The notes: generated from the sequence alone by a model not told the origin. Counted from the stretch's first letter, positions 37,561 through 50,893 are shown. The stretch is 64,000 bases of DNA from Azolla caroliniana (GCA_043228905.1 JBHGNT010000002.1:11222001-11286000), one strand, 5' to 3'. Numbers and translations: made by a program.

Positions 37561-38981
37561 GCACAATTGAAGATGAGGCTTGAAAGTTGGCACGAGCCAT
37601 CAAATTTGCATCCAAAGCTGTCATTTGGGGGTCCCCCATGGAACTCAGCATCTTCGCTTGTCGATCATAAGCTTCACAAACTCGAATGAGAGCTTGAAAA
37701 GATGTAGGATCCTTCAAGTTTGCCTCCAAATAGAAATACATATCAAGACCCATCTTGAATCATTCCATTTTAAACCACTCGTCTTCAATGCCACCACGAA
37801 GACGAATCCATGTTGTCCACAAATCCTTGAAATTTCTTTCATACTCCATGAAACCAAGTGGTGATTCCATCTTTAGTCGAAATAACTCTTCCCTTACTTC
37901 GGTTGCACTTCGTCGTTGAATATATTTGGCACGAAACTGGTGCACCAACAATTGATATGCTCCTTGTTGATTTGGTGGAAGAGAGTCATACCAATCTCGA
38001 GCTTGACCATAGAATGTTGCTACCAACAAAGGTAACTTCTCATTATCGGTCATGTGTCCAATAGAGACAACATGATGCTCAAAGGATGCTAAAAAGGCAC
38101 CAGCATGTTGTGTTCTTTCACCCGAAAACGTGAATTGCATAGCTAAGTTAATGTAGTATAGTAACACAAAGAGAGGATAAGTTGTCCCTCCTATACGGAA
38201 ATGATCAGCCCTCCCTAGAGCGCCAAAATGATGAGGTGTTTAAGACAAAGGATAATCTTACACTATATGAGGGCTTGACCAAACCGGTTAGATGGAGTTG
38301 TGACTCATAATATATTATATAGATCAAGAGAGACTCAAGAAATTAAGAAAAAAAGATAGAGAATATGAGAAAGAGATAATATTGTTATGATATTCCAACA
38401 TCAAGACAAAACAAAGGAGATAAAATCCACATTCAACTAAGAAACCAAAGACCTTCTTACTACCAATCACTCAAAAACCACAATTAAGACCCTCCCTCTT
38501 TCACAAAGATTTCTCTTCCTAAGACGCCTTCTCCTCGATTAGGATCCTCTTAGTTCTTCTTTTTATTAGTCCTTCCACTTCTTCTCTTATAATTTTCTTC
38601 TTCTTCCTCGTTCACGCTATTTTTAGAAGATTTTTATCTCCTATTTTTAGCTAAGACCCAGCGACCTTCTAATCGTCATATCTCCCTCATCATAGCTCCA
38701 AATTTAGTGATTTAAAACGTTATAGATAGATCTCTTTACAAGATTTCTAACCCATATTTAAACATAATATTTGGGTGAAAAAAGAAGGATTTATGACCAT
38801 TACTTTTTTACCTGTTTTTATGGTCCGCTTTTTCTCTTTTTACTTTTCTCTTGGTCTCTTACTTTTACTTTTGACTTCTTCCCTAAGCTCTTAGTTCGTG
38901 TTCTTATCCTCCAAATGTGAATTATCCATACTTTATATCCATCTAGTGTTCAATGGCTTGAATTCAAAAAACACTTTCACA
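37560..38981 (-). mobile_element. 5' fragment of another Gypsy: LTR (38229-38981), PBS-like TGGCGCTCTAGGGAGGG, gag
   Basis: Gag-like FSGE..AGAFLASFE..NEKL..FYGQARDWYDSL..FRAKY. TG/CA LTR ends. PBS-like at 38209-38225. Confidence 0.7.
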
Positions 38982-39256
38982 CTTACGCATCGACGGTAGG
39001 AAGTATCATGTACGCTATGGTGCCGACCCGATCCAACCTTGCATACGCCATGGGGGTCATCAGCCAGTACATGTCAAACCATGGACGGAAGCATTAGGAG
39101 GCTATCAAGCACATCTTAAGGTATCTAAGAGGCACCGAAGATGTACAAGTGACTTTCAGATCGGAAAATTTGACTGAAGTAGAACATTATACCGACTCGG
39201 ATTATGGTGAAAATATGGATAATTAGAAGTCAACATCAAGCTATCTCTTCACCTAT
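38982..39256 (+). pseudogene. Copia RT/RNase H fragment
   Basis: YASTVGSIMYAMV.TR.NLAYAMGVISQYMSN..IKHILRYLRGT..YTDSDY..KSTSSYLFTY. Confidence 0.8.
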
Positions 39257-39319
39257 GATGACAAGCTATTTGATTATGCCGGAAATATGGAGGTGAAAGC
39301 CATAAGGCTTGTCAGCCGG

Positions 39320-42300
39320 TGTCGTGAAGATTTCCGGCTATAGTGTGAAACCAGGGTGGAATGGGCAAGTCGGTGGTGTGCAACATGTGCACATGTATAG
39401 TAAGAAACGGTGTATAGAATAAGGGGAGGTATTTATCCCACATTGTAATACATCCCTCTCCTTGTTCTATAAAAGGAAGGGAGCGCCTCTTGTGTAAGGG
39501 TTGCCCATTTTGAGTCGTAAGGTGATACCATTTTGTCGAGGTTCATTTTGTTTTATAGGGTTAGTAACTTCTTGGGAGTCTTCTTCTCCTTCTCCTTCCT
39601 GAGAAGTTGGGGGCCGCAGCCATGGCGGCAAAGCTCGGTTAGGGTTAAGTTCATATATATATATATGTTCATGTCTGTTTGTACATAATGGTGTCTCTGA
39701 TGGTGTCGGGTGCATAGCTCCACCTCTTTGTTTCTTGTACATAGGTTTTGCGCGCGTGCTCTCTCTCCTTTTCTCTCTCTCGTGTTCGGTTGCCCCTAGT
39801 CCGTGGCCGGAGTCGGTTTCCTGGCATCCCTTTCTTCCTCATCCGAGACCCCCCTGGTCCCGCCCCTTTCGACGTGCACTCGCGGATTACCGCGAGATAT
39901 TTGGTGAACCCGACGTGAAGGGCGGCAAGGGAGAATGGAGTTGGAAGAAGACGGACGACATTGCACAACTTTTTGTCGAAGCGGTGAGGGAGTTTGGACG
40001 AGCAACAACAAGAAGAGAGATGGCGCAGCAAGCTATTGAGTTAGTGGTCACAAGAGTCGTCCGTTTCAACAGGGACAAAGTTCCATTCTACTTGGAAGCC
40101 TACAACGCTGAAATGGAGGAGCGAGACGTAGACGAGGCGTTGAGGCTGGAGTTCTTCTGTCGGGTCATCGTCGTCCGCATGCATGCGGAAGTGAACGAGC
40201 TCCGAGAAGCTCATAGTTCGTGGGAGGCCTTCGAAGAGGCGCTCTTGCAGGCATATGGAGGACGACAGAAGAGCTGAGGAGGACGCGACTTCGACCAGTG
40301 GATGGCATCGGCGAAGACCCACCGGGGCGCAATGAAGGTGTTCCGAGAGTTCAAGTAACGGCTTGCTCGGTTCCCAGAGCAAGAGCAAAGTTCCGTGGGG
40401 GCGTACAAAGTCCTGTTGTTCGTTAGGTCGATCGATCTAGCGGAACGGGAGGCCATCGGGATTGAGCTCGAAGACGATGACGGAGCGAATGGCCTTATGG
40501 AGGACTGGTCGAAAGTCGGAAGGGTATGCCAATGGCTAGATGACGAGTGGGCCGAGAAGGCTAGGAGGAAGGCACGCGACGGTGCGCCATCACAACGGGA
40601 AGATGTCGAATGACAAATAGAGTCGGCAACGCTCAACTTCGGGGCCAGGATTGCAGAGGTGTATGCAGCTCTCCAGGCAATGCTCGAGGAAGAGGAAAGA
40701 TCGAGGCCACAAGCTGACGCCGACGCCGAGGAGATAGACCTACCCCACGAGATGGCAGAAGATCGGTACCATAGTACCACGGGAGAGGCTGCGGAACGAA
40801 ACGTCCTCTCGGACTGCGGAGATAGAGCGGCTGAGGTCAAGGCCGAGATACCGATCGCATAATCGGAATGCTGGGACCGACAGTTTCGGGCATGTCAGCC
40901 CGAAACTCTGGACATTGGAGAAGCAAGCCTAGGCGGGGCTTGCACGATCGGGAAAAAGACGACCACCGACCATGAGAAGCATGTGGCTACAGACAAGGGC
41001 GTAAATAGGACAGGCGATTCTACGCGTCTTCCCACACCTGCTCCCGAGATGATGGCAGTCGGGCCCGAGTGCCCAAGTGAGTCCCAAGAGGAAGGCGGCG
41101 GCGGGAGACCGAGAATCACCAACGAGACGATACGGGGAAGGAACGGACAAGAGCCCTCAGAACTGATTTTGGAGAACTCAGCATTCGGGCCCTTACGCCC
41201 ATGTGAGTCCGAAGAGATGGATGATGGTATCAAGGAGTCCTGGCATGATGCCAGTGAAGATGGATGAGAAATGGCCCGCGAAAAGGTCGACGAAGGGACA
41301 AGGAAATGACCTGACCGGGAACCGAACCACGCGACGCTCCGATTAGGGTGGAGCACGATCCGTTCGTGGATTGTTCGACTAGGGCCAGGATCGGCATGAA
41401 GGTGCCAATACGGGAGAGAGTGTGGAACGAGCCGCCCTCTTTTACATGGGGAGAAAGACCGACCGGGCGAAGGTTGGGAATTGAAACTAAGGTGATCAAG
41501 GGTTCAGAACGAATCCGGCAGGATCATCATCGGAGCCGAAACTCCAGACATTGGTGAATCAAGCCCAAGAGGGCTTGATTGATCACAGATCAGATGCTTT
41601 CCACTGACACCAATAAAAGGGTCAGTGACTCGGATGAGTCGTCCAGAGTTGTTACAAAATCGGTGTCCCCACATCTTGACCAGAGACTTCAGCAGTTCAA
41701 GCCAACATGGCAACGTGAGACCGAAAGAGAAGGGAGATGGTAGGGAAGTGCAAAGAAGGGGATTGACGACGACGGGGAGAAATGAAAGAGGCGGTTGACT
41801 GAAGTATGGGTCCTCCACATTCGTTCTCGGGACTTAGGCGGTTGCGTCCAAAAACCAACGGAAGACCTAAGAGACGGAAAGTGGCGGCGAGGACACGGAG
41901 GTCACGGAGGTCACGGCTAATACAATTGATCCGAGAAGAGGAGGAATCAGATTCGACATAAGACCAAGATATTGACGGTGGCGGCAGGAGAACGGGACGC
42001 GGCAATGTGGAGTGACGGTCAGAGCGGACATCCGGATAACCGATCCGGAAGGGAGGAAGAAGCAGGCTTACAAAGAGGCCGAGAACACGGTACATCGGTA
42101 CCACGGGAGAGGGTGCGGAGCAAGCCACCCTCTGAACATGCGGAGAAGGATGACCCGGGATAGGGTCGGGAAGACAGGAGGCCTAAGGAGGATCCTTCAC
42201 ACTGGATCTAAAGACTTGGGCAGTCGGCATCGGATCCGACGTAAGACCAAGAGACTGATGGTGGCGGCAAGGAGACGAGGGCAAAGACAACATGGAAGAT

Positions 42301-43238
42301 GGTCCTATGGGATGCTCACACCAATCCGGAGACACCGGTAGTTCAAGTTGACATGGCAACGTGAGACCTAGTTAGAAGGATGGTGGCGGCAGGAAATGGG
42401 AACCAACGATGTGGGAATTACTGATGGGTGATCCTACGGCAATCCTCACGCCAATCCAGAGACACTAGTAGTTCAAGCCAACATGGCAACATGAGACCAT
42501 GTGAGAAGGGTGGTGGCGGCAGGAGAACAGGATCGAGCAGAAAGGACAACAAAGCGGCCACTAACTGAAACTGGGCCGGAAGACAACGCGGAATGAAGAA
42601 AAAAAAAAGGACCGGTTTTATGGGATCCTCACACCAATCCAGAGACACCAGTAGTTCAAGCCGACGTGGCAACGTGAGACCAAGTGAGAAGGATGGTGGC
42701 GGCAGGAAACGGGAACCGGCGATGCAGGAAGAGTGGACCGGGAGCCGGCAAGGCCGGAGTTGATGGTGATTGAACCCTTACCGGCCGGTTACGATTTCGG
42801 GAGGAAGCCGGTGAGGGGTAAGCGCGGAGCGGAACAAGAGGCGTGAGAGTGGCCATTGAGGGCCGAAGCAAGCACGGGTACGGGATAATGTCCGGCACAG
42901 GCGGTGCCGAACAAGGAAGGCGGAACGCGCCACACGACACAATGACCATAGAAGGAACAAGGAGTGTGTATTGGGGTCACCTAAGCACTGAAGAAGGAAC
43001 ACGCATTCGGGGAATGATAAGAGCACACGGGAGGAGCCTATGGAAGGTGAGCGCGGGATGGAAGGATTGGCAACGGGGTTCAAGAGGACCGATTGGGGAG
43101 GAAGGCGCGAACGTCGGATATGGAGAATCGACGGTTCGTGTAGAAGGGATGGGCATGCTCGAAGTGGAAGACGAAGTCGAGCATGGTCAACAAGGATGGC
43201 CACGGAGGCGAGTTCCCAAAAGAAGGACAGGCGCGGTC
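39320..43238 (+). mobile_element. LTR-retroelement 5' part: LTR-like start, gag-like ORF, degenerate repeat-rich internal region without pol
   Basis: TGTCGTG start and TATA shared with 20812-21794. Gag-like VVRFNRDKVPFYLEAY..LEFFCRV..SWEAFEEALL at 40020-40600. Imperfect repeats at 41670-42720. Confidence 0.6.
41670..42720. repeat. Dispersed/tandem ~80-bp core repeat
   Basis: CACCAATCCAGAGACAC..GTAGTTCAAGCC.AC.TGGCAAC.TGAGACC...GGTGGCGGCAGGA at ~41670, 42318, 42446 and 42630. Confidence 0.7.
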
Positions 43239-45280
43239 GGTCAGGAATAGTACTAAATAGAGAGAGAATTAGTACTAGAGAAGAGAAGTACTATTAGTAC
43301 TAAGAGGACGGGACTGCGTAAGATTCCCAAGAGAGGAAGAGAGAAGTGGAGAGAGAGAGAGATGATGATGACAACAACTAATATATTATGTGAAAGATAA
43401 GTACAAAGTGGCTAGGAGGCTTAAGACTAGGGTTGAACCAATTTGGTTCAAAACAATGCCTTGTGCCTCCTTTTATAATGTGTTTAGGAATAATCCTGAA
43501 GCTTCTAGAATGTTCCAGAGAGATCTAGAATATACATCAATTTTCTATGATAAAGTATAAATGAAAATAATATCCTACAAATTACAATTCATAGTCTAAT
43601 GGTAAGAGCTCGACCCATGTAGCATAAGGTTATGGGTTCGATTCTTGCCATATCATGATACTATTTCCCCCTTACAAAAGACGAGTGGAACGAGTCGGTG
43701 CTGATTGCAGACCGGGTTTGTCCGGATATTTTCGGTGGAAATTAGCAAGAAGATCCTGAGCATTGGCAACATGCTCGATGGGTTCCCAAGTACATTCACT
43801 CGGACTATAACCGAGCCAATCGACCAAATAATAAAGTTTGTTGTGAACAAGTTTGGAATCGAGGATGGCAGCAACTTCATACTCCAGGCTGGTGTCCAAC
43901 TCCACCGGGGGCGGCGGTGGTGTAACACGATCGGGAATGGTGTTTGCTTTATAAGGTTCAAGAAGAGAACAATGGAAAACCAGATGTATCTGAAGCTGCG
44001 GAGGGAGATCAAGGTGGAATGTGACATCATTAACCTTACCCGTAATACAGAAAGGACCGAGTCGTCGATAATCCAACTTGTCGCACGGTTGAGTAGTCTT
44101 GATGTGACAACATAAGAGCCATACTCGATCTCCGATGGAGAAAGAGGAGGGAATCCGATGATGATCCGCGTAAGTCTTCTGTGTGTGTTGAGTATGACGA
44201 AGGTGAGTAGAGAGATTCATCTGGATCTTGCGTAGCCTCTCCAAATGATCCTCGGCATGAGGGTTGGTAGGTAGCTCTGGAGTGTCGATCACCGACCAAT
44301 GAGGATGAAAAACGGTATAAGAGAAAAATGGGGAGACCCGAGTCGAGGAGTGAAAAGCATTATTATACGAAAACTCCACAAAGTGGAGAATCTTAGCCCA
44401 ATCGACCATCGAGGATGAAAAACGGTATAAGCGAAAAATGGGGAGACCCGAGTTGAGGAGTGAAAAGCATTATTATACGCAAACTCCACAAAGTAGAGAA
44501 TCTCAGCCCAACCGTCCTGTTGATAACTCAAGAAACACCGGAGATATTGTTCTAGTGTTTGGTTTGTGTCGGGATTTCGGTCCCTCCGGATGGGATGTCC
44601 GGAAATGAATGACGGCAAGCCCGGTTGCGGGATGAAGAGTACCCGGCATGAAGCCGGATGATGAAGACCCCGGCTACGGTGCCGGATGATGAAGACCCCG
44701 GCTACGGTGCCGGATGATGAAGACCCCGGCTACGAAGCCGGATGACAAAGACCCGGCTACGGAGCCGGATGATGAATGTACCCGGAGAGAGATCCGGATG
44801 CGGGGACATATTTGTGAATATGTTTGCCAAGGGCCCTTGAGGCTATATTTGTAAATAGCCCGACAGTCATATGTGCATAAATATGACTTAGGGCAAACAG
44901 TTTAGTGTCTGTTGCTCATTTTCTGTTTTTCACTTAGAGAGAGTGAAGAGAGCAGCCGAGACAGAGAGAGAGAAAGACGAAGAGGTCGTTGCCTCTGTGT
45001 ATTACCGCCGCCTGTGGCGAAGACAGTGAGCTCAAGGTTGTTGCCTTGTGGCCTCACCATTGTACATCTCTGTTCATAGTGATAGTTGGAGTCTTGCACT
45101 CCCGTGGTTTTTCCCGTATAGGGTTTTCCACGTTAATCCCTGTGCTAACGTGTCTTTCTCTGTATTTCCCATTTTCTGCAACAACGATTCGTGTGTTTCC
45201 TTGGTTGTGGCCGAGAGGTGAAGGTGAATCGGAGCGTCGATTCGCAACAAATTGGTATCAGAGCGACGGTAGCACAGAAA

Positions 45281-46081
45281 ATGGAAGGCGGCGGTAGTGG
45301 GCCTCCGAGCATGATGGTGTTGAACTCACAGAACTACGCCGACTGGAAGATAAAGATGGAAGACCTTCTCATCGTCCGAGACCTGTATGAACCGATCGAC
45401 AATGCCGAGATACCCAAGGGGGTAATAGAGTCGGAGTGGAAGCTCCTGAACCGGAAAGCCGTAGCGACGATCCGGCAATATGTCGATGTAAGCGTTCTAC
45501 AACATGTGGCGAACGACACCAACGCATATGAGATGTGGAAGAAGTTGTCGGGCCTCTACGAGAGGAAGAATGCGTTGAACCGGACCTCCCTGATGAGGAA
45601 GATAGTGAACCTCAAGTACCGGGACGGCGAGAATATGGTGGAACACGTGAGCACGTTCATGGGATTCGTGAACCAGCTTGCGGCGATCAAGTTCCCGTTG
45701 GAGGATGCAATGCAAGCCATCATCCTGATGTGTACATTGCCGGAAAGCTGGGAGAACTTGGTGGTGACTCTCAGCACCTCCTGCACCGAAGATAACTTGT
45801 CCCTACAAACGGTAAAGACAAGTATTTTGAACGAAGAAGCGCGTCGGAGAGATAAAGAACCGGCCTCCGACTCGAAGGCACTGCTTACCGAATCGGAACG
45901 GGGAAGACAATGGAACCGGAGTCCGCAAAGACGGGAGAAGTCGGGGACCCGGTCACAGTCAAGAGGAAGGCCCACATGCTTCCACTGTGGGAAGCCGGGG
46001 CACTTCCGTAAGAATTGTCGGCATTACCGAAAAGACAACGGAGCCGACGACACCGATTCGAAGAAGTCACCGGAGCGAAAC
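45281..46081 (+). CDS. gag: Copia 3 Gag (N-terminal part of polyprotein)
   Basis: MEGGGSG..LNSQNYADWKIKMEDLL..LPESWENLV..CFHCGKPGHFRKNC. Interrupted at 46081 by an inverted insert. Confidence 0.9.
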
Positions 46082-47629
46082 GCACTGCTTCGCATTCAAT
46101 CTGCAATTTGTCGGCAACACTGAGCTGACTGGCTTTGCATATGACATGTTAAATCTCTCTAAGATCTTCGTCACATACTTCTAGTGTGACAACCATAGCA
46201 CCTTTTGAGTTTAGTCTTGAACTATGTCCATTCCTAAGATCTGTTTAGTCGGTCCAAGGTCTTTCATGGCAAATGATTTGCCGAGAGCTTTCTTCAAGCT
46301 TCCAATCTTCCTTGTATCTTGACCAACTATCAACATGTCATCGACATATAGCAAGAGAATCAAGAAGTCTCGTTCTTCGTACCTTTTGACGAACACACAG
46401 TGATCGGCCTGTGTTTTCTGGAACCGGTGTTCCATCATGAAGGACTCAAACATCTTGTACCATTGGCGTGGATCTTGTTTCAGACCGTACAAGCTTTTCT
46501 TCAATCGACACACCAGATTCTCTTTCCCTTTCTCCTCAAAACCTTTGGGTTGAAGCATATAGATTTCTTCTTCTAGTTCTTTGTGCAGAAATGTGGGTTT
46601 GACATCCAATTGTTCAATCTCCAGATCCATACTGGCCGCTATGCTCAGAATAGTTCGAATGGATGTCATCTTCACGACTGGTGCGAATATTTCGTCAAAG
46701 TCAACGCCCTTTTTCTGTTGAAAACCGTTCACGATTATGCGGGCTTTATACCTGGGCTCACTGTCGGCTTCTCCAGTCTTCACTTTGTAGACCCATTTAT
46801 TCCTGAGTGCTCTCTTGCCTTTCAACAGCTCTACCAGGTCGTAGGTGTAATTCTCGTGCAAGGATTCCAACTCATCATGCATCACGCTTAGCTATTTCGC
46901 TCTGTGCTCGTCGGCAATGGCTTCTTCATAGCACTCCGGTTCACCTTCATCAGTCAAGAGGATGTATTGGCTGGCATATGTAGTCAGTGCTTTCCTCTCC
47001 CTGAGTGGGTATTTTCTTCCACTCGTTGTTGGCTCTCTTTCGGATGTCTCTACTAACTCAATTGGCAATCGGCCTCTCCAGGTTGGGTAATTCCAACTCA
47101 TATTCATCAATTGACGTTTGCAGGTCTGCCGACTCTGACTCATAGTCAGTCGATCTCTCCGAGTCGACCAACTCGGATTTGGCTCTGTCGGCCATCTGTC
47201 TCCTTACAGCTGTCGGTAACAACTCATTTGGCCTTAAGTCGATGGTAGTCGGGGTTGACTGGGGAGTCGATTCCGACTTCTGTTGCTTCCAATATTCAAT
47301 CGTCTTGTCTTCTAGAAAGACTACATCTCGACTTCTCACTACCTTCTTGTCGACTAGGTCCCATAGCCTGTAGCCGAATTCATCTTTCGAGTATCCCATG
47401 AATATGCATGCTTTCGACTTGATGTCAAGCTTTGACCTCAAATCTTTCGGTACATGCATGTGCGCCAGACATCCGAACAACCTCAGATGCTGGTAGGAGA
47501 CATCCTTCCCTGTCCACACCCTCTTTGGGACATCACCCTTCAATGGTACTGAGGGAGACCTGTTGATTAGATAAACAGTTGTGTACATCACCTCAACCCA
47601 ATAGGATTTCGGTAGTTTCGTATGAGTAC
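46082..47629 (-). pseudogene. Inverted 1548-bp fragment of a different, degenerate copia (IN C-terminus to RT)
   Basis: KLPKSYWVE..YLINRSPS..RALRNKWVY..LLLYVDDMLIVG on the minus strand, with stops. No LTR and no 5-bp TSD. Confidence 0.9.
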
Positions 47630-50600
47630 CGGGGAGCCACGGACCGGAGAGGTCCGGATCGGCGAGGGCAGAACCGGAAAGGAACGACGGCACTCGCGGC
47701 AAGTGAAGAGGAGATCATGCTCATCACCGAAGAAGGTGAGCTAAACATTGCCGGCGATGAGACGACCTGGGTGGTCGATTCCGGAGCATCGTTCCACCTA
47801 ACCCCGGAGAGAAGATACTTCTCATCCTACACAGCCGGTGAGCATGGTTGCGTTCGGATGGGAAATGAAGGTACGTGCCGGATTGCCGGCATAGGAGACG
47901 TGTGGTTAACAACCTCGACCGGATGCAAAATGCTGCTGAAGGATGTCCGACACGTTCCGGAGGTTCGATTGAACCTGATTTCGGCCGGGAGGCTAGATGA
48001 TGAAGGCTACACAGGTAGCATCCGGAACGGCGTAATGAAGTTCAGCAAGGGGAGCCTGATAGTGGCTCGGGCCCGGAAAGCTAACACGTTGTACCTGATG
48101 AATGCCCGGTTATGTCCGGAAGAGCTGAACGTGGCAGCCGACACTGCCGGTGAGCTGTGGCACAAGAGACTGTGCCACATGAGTGAGAAGGGGATGAAGA
48201 GGCTTGCAGATGACAACCTCATTCCAGTGAAGCATGTGCACCTGGAGAAGTGCACCGATTGCCTGGCCGGTAAGCAGAACCGAACCTCCTTCCACTCAAG
48301 GCCACCGACGAGACGTAGTGTACCATTGGAGTTGGTACACACTGACGTGTGTCAAGTAGAAACGAAGTCACATGGCGGAGCCCAGTACTTCGTGACATTC
48401 ATTGATGACCACAGCCGGAAGCTGTGGACGGCACCGTTGAAGACAAAGGACCAAGTATTGTCCGTCTTCAAAGAACTCCACGCGAGAGTGGAAAGAGAAT
48501 CCGGCAAGAAGCTGAAAGCGATACGAGCGGATAACGGAGGAGAATACCGAGGGCAATTTGAGGAGTATTGTCGTTCAATGGGAATCCGGCTCGAGTTTAC
48601 TGTGCCGAAGACGCCGGAACTGAACGGGCTGGCCGAGAGGATGAACCGGACCATAATGGAGAGGGTCCGGAGTATGCTAGCGCATGCGAAATTACCCAAG
48701 GGGTTTTGGGCTGAGGCAATGTCGACGGCGACATACGTGATTAACAGATCACCCTCAGTACCTTTGGACGGAGACACGCCGCAGAAAGTGTGGACCGGTA
48801 GGGAAGTATCCTACCGGCATCTGAAGGTGTTCGGGTGTCTCGCATACGTGCATGTGGCAAAGGACCGGAGAGGAAAGTTAGATCCAAAGACCCGGCCATG
48901 CATATTCCTCGGTTACGGCGACGACGAGTTCGGCTACCGAGTATGGGACCCGGTCGACAAGAAGATATTCAGGAGTCGAGATATCATCTTCATGGAGGAC
49001 AAGACACTCGCCGACTGGGAGTCGGAGAAGAAGATGAAGAGCTCCAAGTCGACCGGTGAGAATCAACTCTACGAGGAGCAGTCCCGACCGGCAAGGGACC
49101 GGTTAACACTCGAAGATCCGGCCGAAGACGGTGAAGAAACAGAACCGGCCGAAGAAGATGAAAATGATACCGGAACCGGCCCCGATCCCGAAATGGATTC
49201 GGATGAAGAGGAAACGGAGGAGCCGGTTACCGAAGCTCCGGAACGGAGATATCCTCTAAGAGAGAGAAGGCCCCCCCGGAGATTTCCGGAACCAGAGCAC
49301 GTGCTGCTAACCGACGAGGGGGAGCCGGAGAGCTTTGAAGAAGCGAAGCATGACACCCATAGCCGCAGGTGGCTAACTGCAATGCAGGAGGAGATGGATT
49401 CCCTGCATGAGAACCACACATATGAACTTGTGGAGTTGCCGAAAGGAAAACGGGCACTCCGTAACAAGTGGGTGTTCAAGCTGAAACCGGGAGATGCCGG
49501 AAACCCCCCGAGATACAAAGCCAGGATCGTGGTGAAGGGGTTTCAGCAGAAGAAGGGCGTCGACTTCGACGAGATATTTGCCCCGGTAGTGAAGATGACC
49601 TCCATCCGGACGGTACTGAGCATAGCGGCAAGCATGGACCTCGAGGTAGAACAGATGGACGTGAAGACGGCATTCCTTCACGGTGACCTCGAAGAAGAGA
49701 TCTACATGCAGCAACCGGAAGGATTCGAGAAGAAAGGGAAGGAGCACCTGGTATGCCGGTTGAAGAAGAGCCTTTACGGTCTGAAGCTGGCTCCCCGGCA
49801 ATGGTACCGGAAGTTCGACTCCTTCATGACAGACGAAGGGTACCACAAAACGCAGTCCGATCACTGCGTGTTTGTGAAGAAGTTCGAAGGAGGAGACTTT
49901 CTAATACTCCTCCTGTACGTGGACGACATGTTGATCGTCGGACGGGACCAGGTCAAGATACGGATGCTGAAGAAGGCTCTTCACCGAACCTTCTCAATGA
50001 AGGACTTGGGTCCGGCAAGGCAAATACTAGGGATGCACATCATCCGGGACCGGAGGAAGAAGCAGTTGTGGCTGTCACAGGAGAAGTACGTGACAAAGGT
50101 GCTTCACCGGTTCAACATGTCGGAAGCAAGACCGGTCGGGTCAACCCTCCCGGCAAACTGCAAGTTGTCCAGCAAGCAAAGCCCCAAAACAAAGGCTGAG
50201 AAGGAGGACATGATGAAAGTACCATATGCCTCTGCCGTCGGAAGCTTGATGTACGCAATGGTGTGTACAAGACCGGACATAGGATATGCAGTCGGAGTGG
50301 TGAGTCGGTATATGAGTAATCCCGGCAAAGAGCACTGGAACGCGGTCAAGTGGATACTCCGATACCTGAAGGGCACGGGAAACGTGTGCCTCCGATTCGG
50401 CTCCGGCAAGCCCGAACTTGACGGCTTTACCGATTCGGATATGTCGGCTGATGCAGATACCAGCCGGTCCACATCAGGGTATGTGATGACGTATGCAGGG
50501 GGAGCTGTTTCGTGGCAGTCGAGGCTGCAGAAGACGGTTGCGTTGTCAACCACGGAGGCGGAGTACATGGCGGCTGTTGAAGCCGGCAAGGAAATAATAT

Positions 50601-50893
50601 GGATGAAGGACTTCATTAGAGAGCTCGGGATCCGGCAGGAGGAGTACCGACTCTACTGCGATAGTCAGAGTGCCATCCACCTTGCAAAGAACGCGGCCTA
50701 CCATTCCCGGACGAAACACATCCAGCGTAGATATCACTGGATCCGGAAGAGGATAGAAGACCAGGAGTTCGTGCTGACGAAGATCTACACGGACGAGAAT
50801 GGGTCGGATATGCTGACCAAGGTCCTCACACCCGACAAGCTGGAAGCATGCCAGAAGAGGATCGGATTGGAGAGACATCCCATGCCGAAGTGA
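47630..50893 (+). CDS. pol: Copia 3 Pol (PR-IN-RT-RNase H), uninterrupted
   Basis: WVVDSGAS, WHKRLCH, VHTDVC, RADNGGEY, NGLAERMN, YVDDML, FTDSD, YCDSQSA. Same frame as gag. Confidence 0.95.
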   Translation, partial: RGATDRRGPDRRGQNRKGTTALAASEEEIMLITEEGELNIAGDETTWVVDSGASFHLTPERRYFSSYTAGEHGCVRMGNEGTCRIAGIGDVWLTTSTGCKMLLKDVRHVPEVRLNLISAGRLDDEGYTGSIRNGVMKFSKGSLIVARARKANTLYLMNARLCPEELNVAADTAGELWHKRLCHMSEKGMKRLADDNLIPVKHVHLEKCTDCLAGKQNRTSFHSRPPTRRSVPLELVHTDVCQVETKSHGGAQYFVTFIDDHSRKLWTAPLKTKDQVLSVFKELHARVERESGKKLKAIRADNGGEYRGQFEEYCRSMGIRLEFTVPKTPELNGLAERMNRTIMERVRSMLAHAKLPKGFWAEAMSTATYVINRSPSVPLDGDTPQKVWTGREVSYRHLKVFGCLAYVHVAKDRRGKLDPKTRPCIFLGYGDDEFGYRVWDPVDKKIFRSRDIIFMEDKTLADWESEKKMKSSKSTGENQLYEEQSRPARDRLTLEDPAEDGEETEPAEEDENDTGTGPDPEMDSDEEETEEPVTEAPERRYPLRERRPPRRFPEPEHVLLTDEGEPESFEEAKHDTHSRRWLTAMQEEMDSLHENHTYELVELPKGKRALRNKWVFKLKPGDAGNPPRYKARIVVKGFQQKKGVDFDEIFAPVVKMTSIRTVLSIAASMDLEVEQMDVKTAFLHGDLEEEIYMQQPEGFEKKGKEHLVCRLKKSLYGLKLAPRQWYRKFDSFMTDEGYHKTQSDHCVFVKKFEGGDFLILLLYVDDMLIVGRDQVKIRMLKKALHRTFSMKDLGPARQILGMHIIRDRRKKQLWLSQEKYVTKVLHRFNMSEARPVGSTLPANCKLSSKQSPKTKAEKEDMMKVPYASAVGSLMYAMVCTRPDIGYAVGVVSRYMSNPGKEHWNAVKWILRYLKGTGNVCLRFGSGKPELDGFTDSDMSADADTSRSTSGYVMTYAGGAVSWQSRLQKTVALSTTEAEYMAAVEAGKEIIWMKDFIRELGIRQEEYRLYCDSQSAIHLAKNAAYHSRTKHIQRRYHWIRKRIEDQEFVLTKIYTDENGSDMLTKVLTPDKLEACQKRIGLERHPMPK

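Noticed and set aside
46082-47626. Inverted insert as a GC-AG intron restoring the copia frame
   Set aside because: The length (1545) is in frame, but the donor AAC|GCACTG and the acceptor are poor matches to consensus. Unsupported without RNA data.
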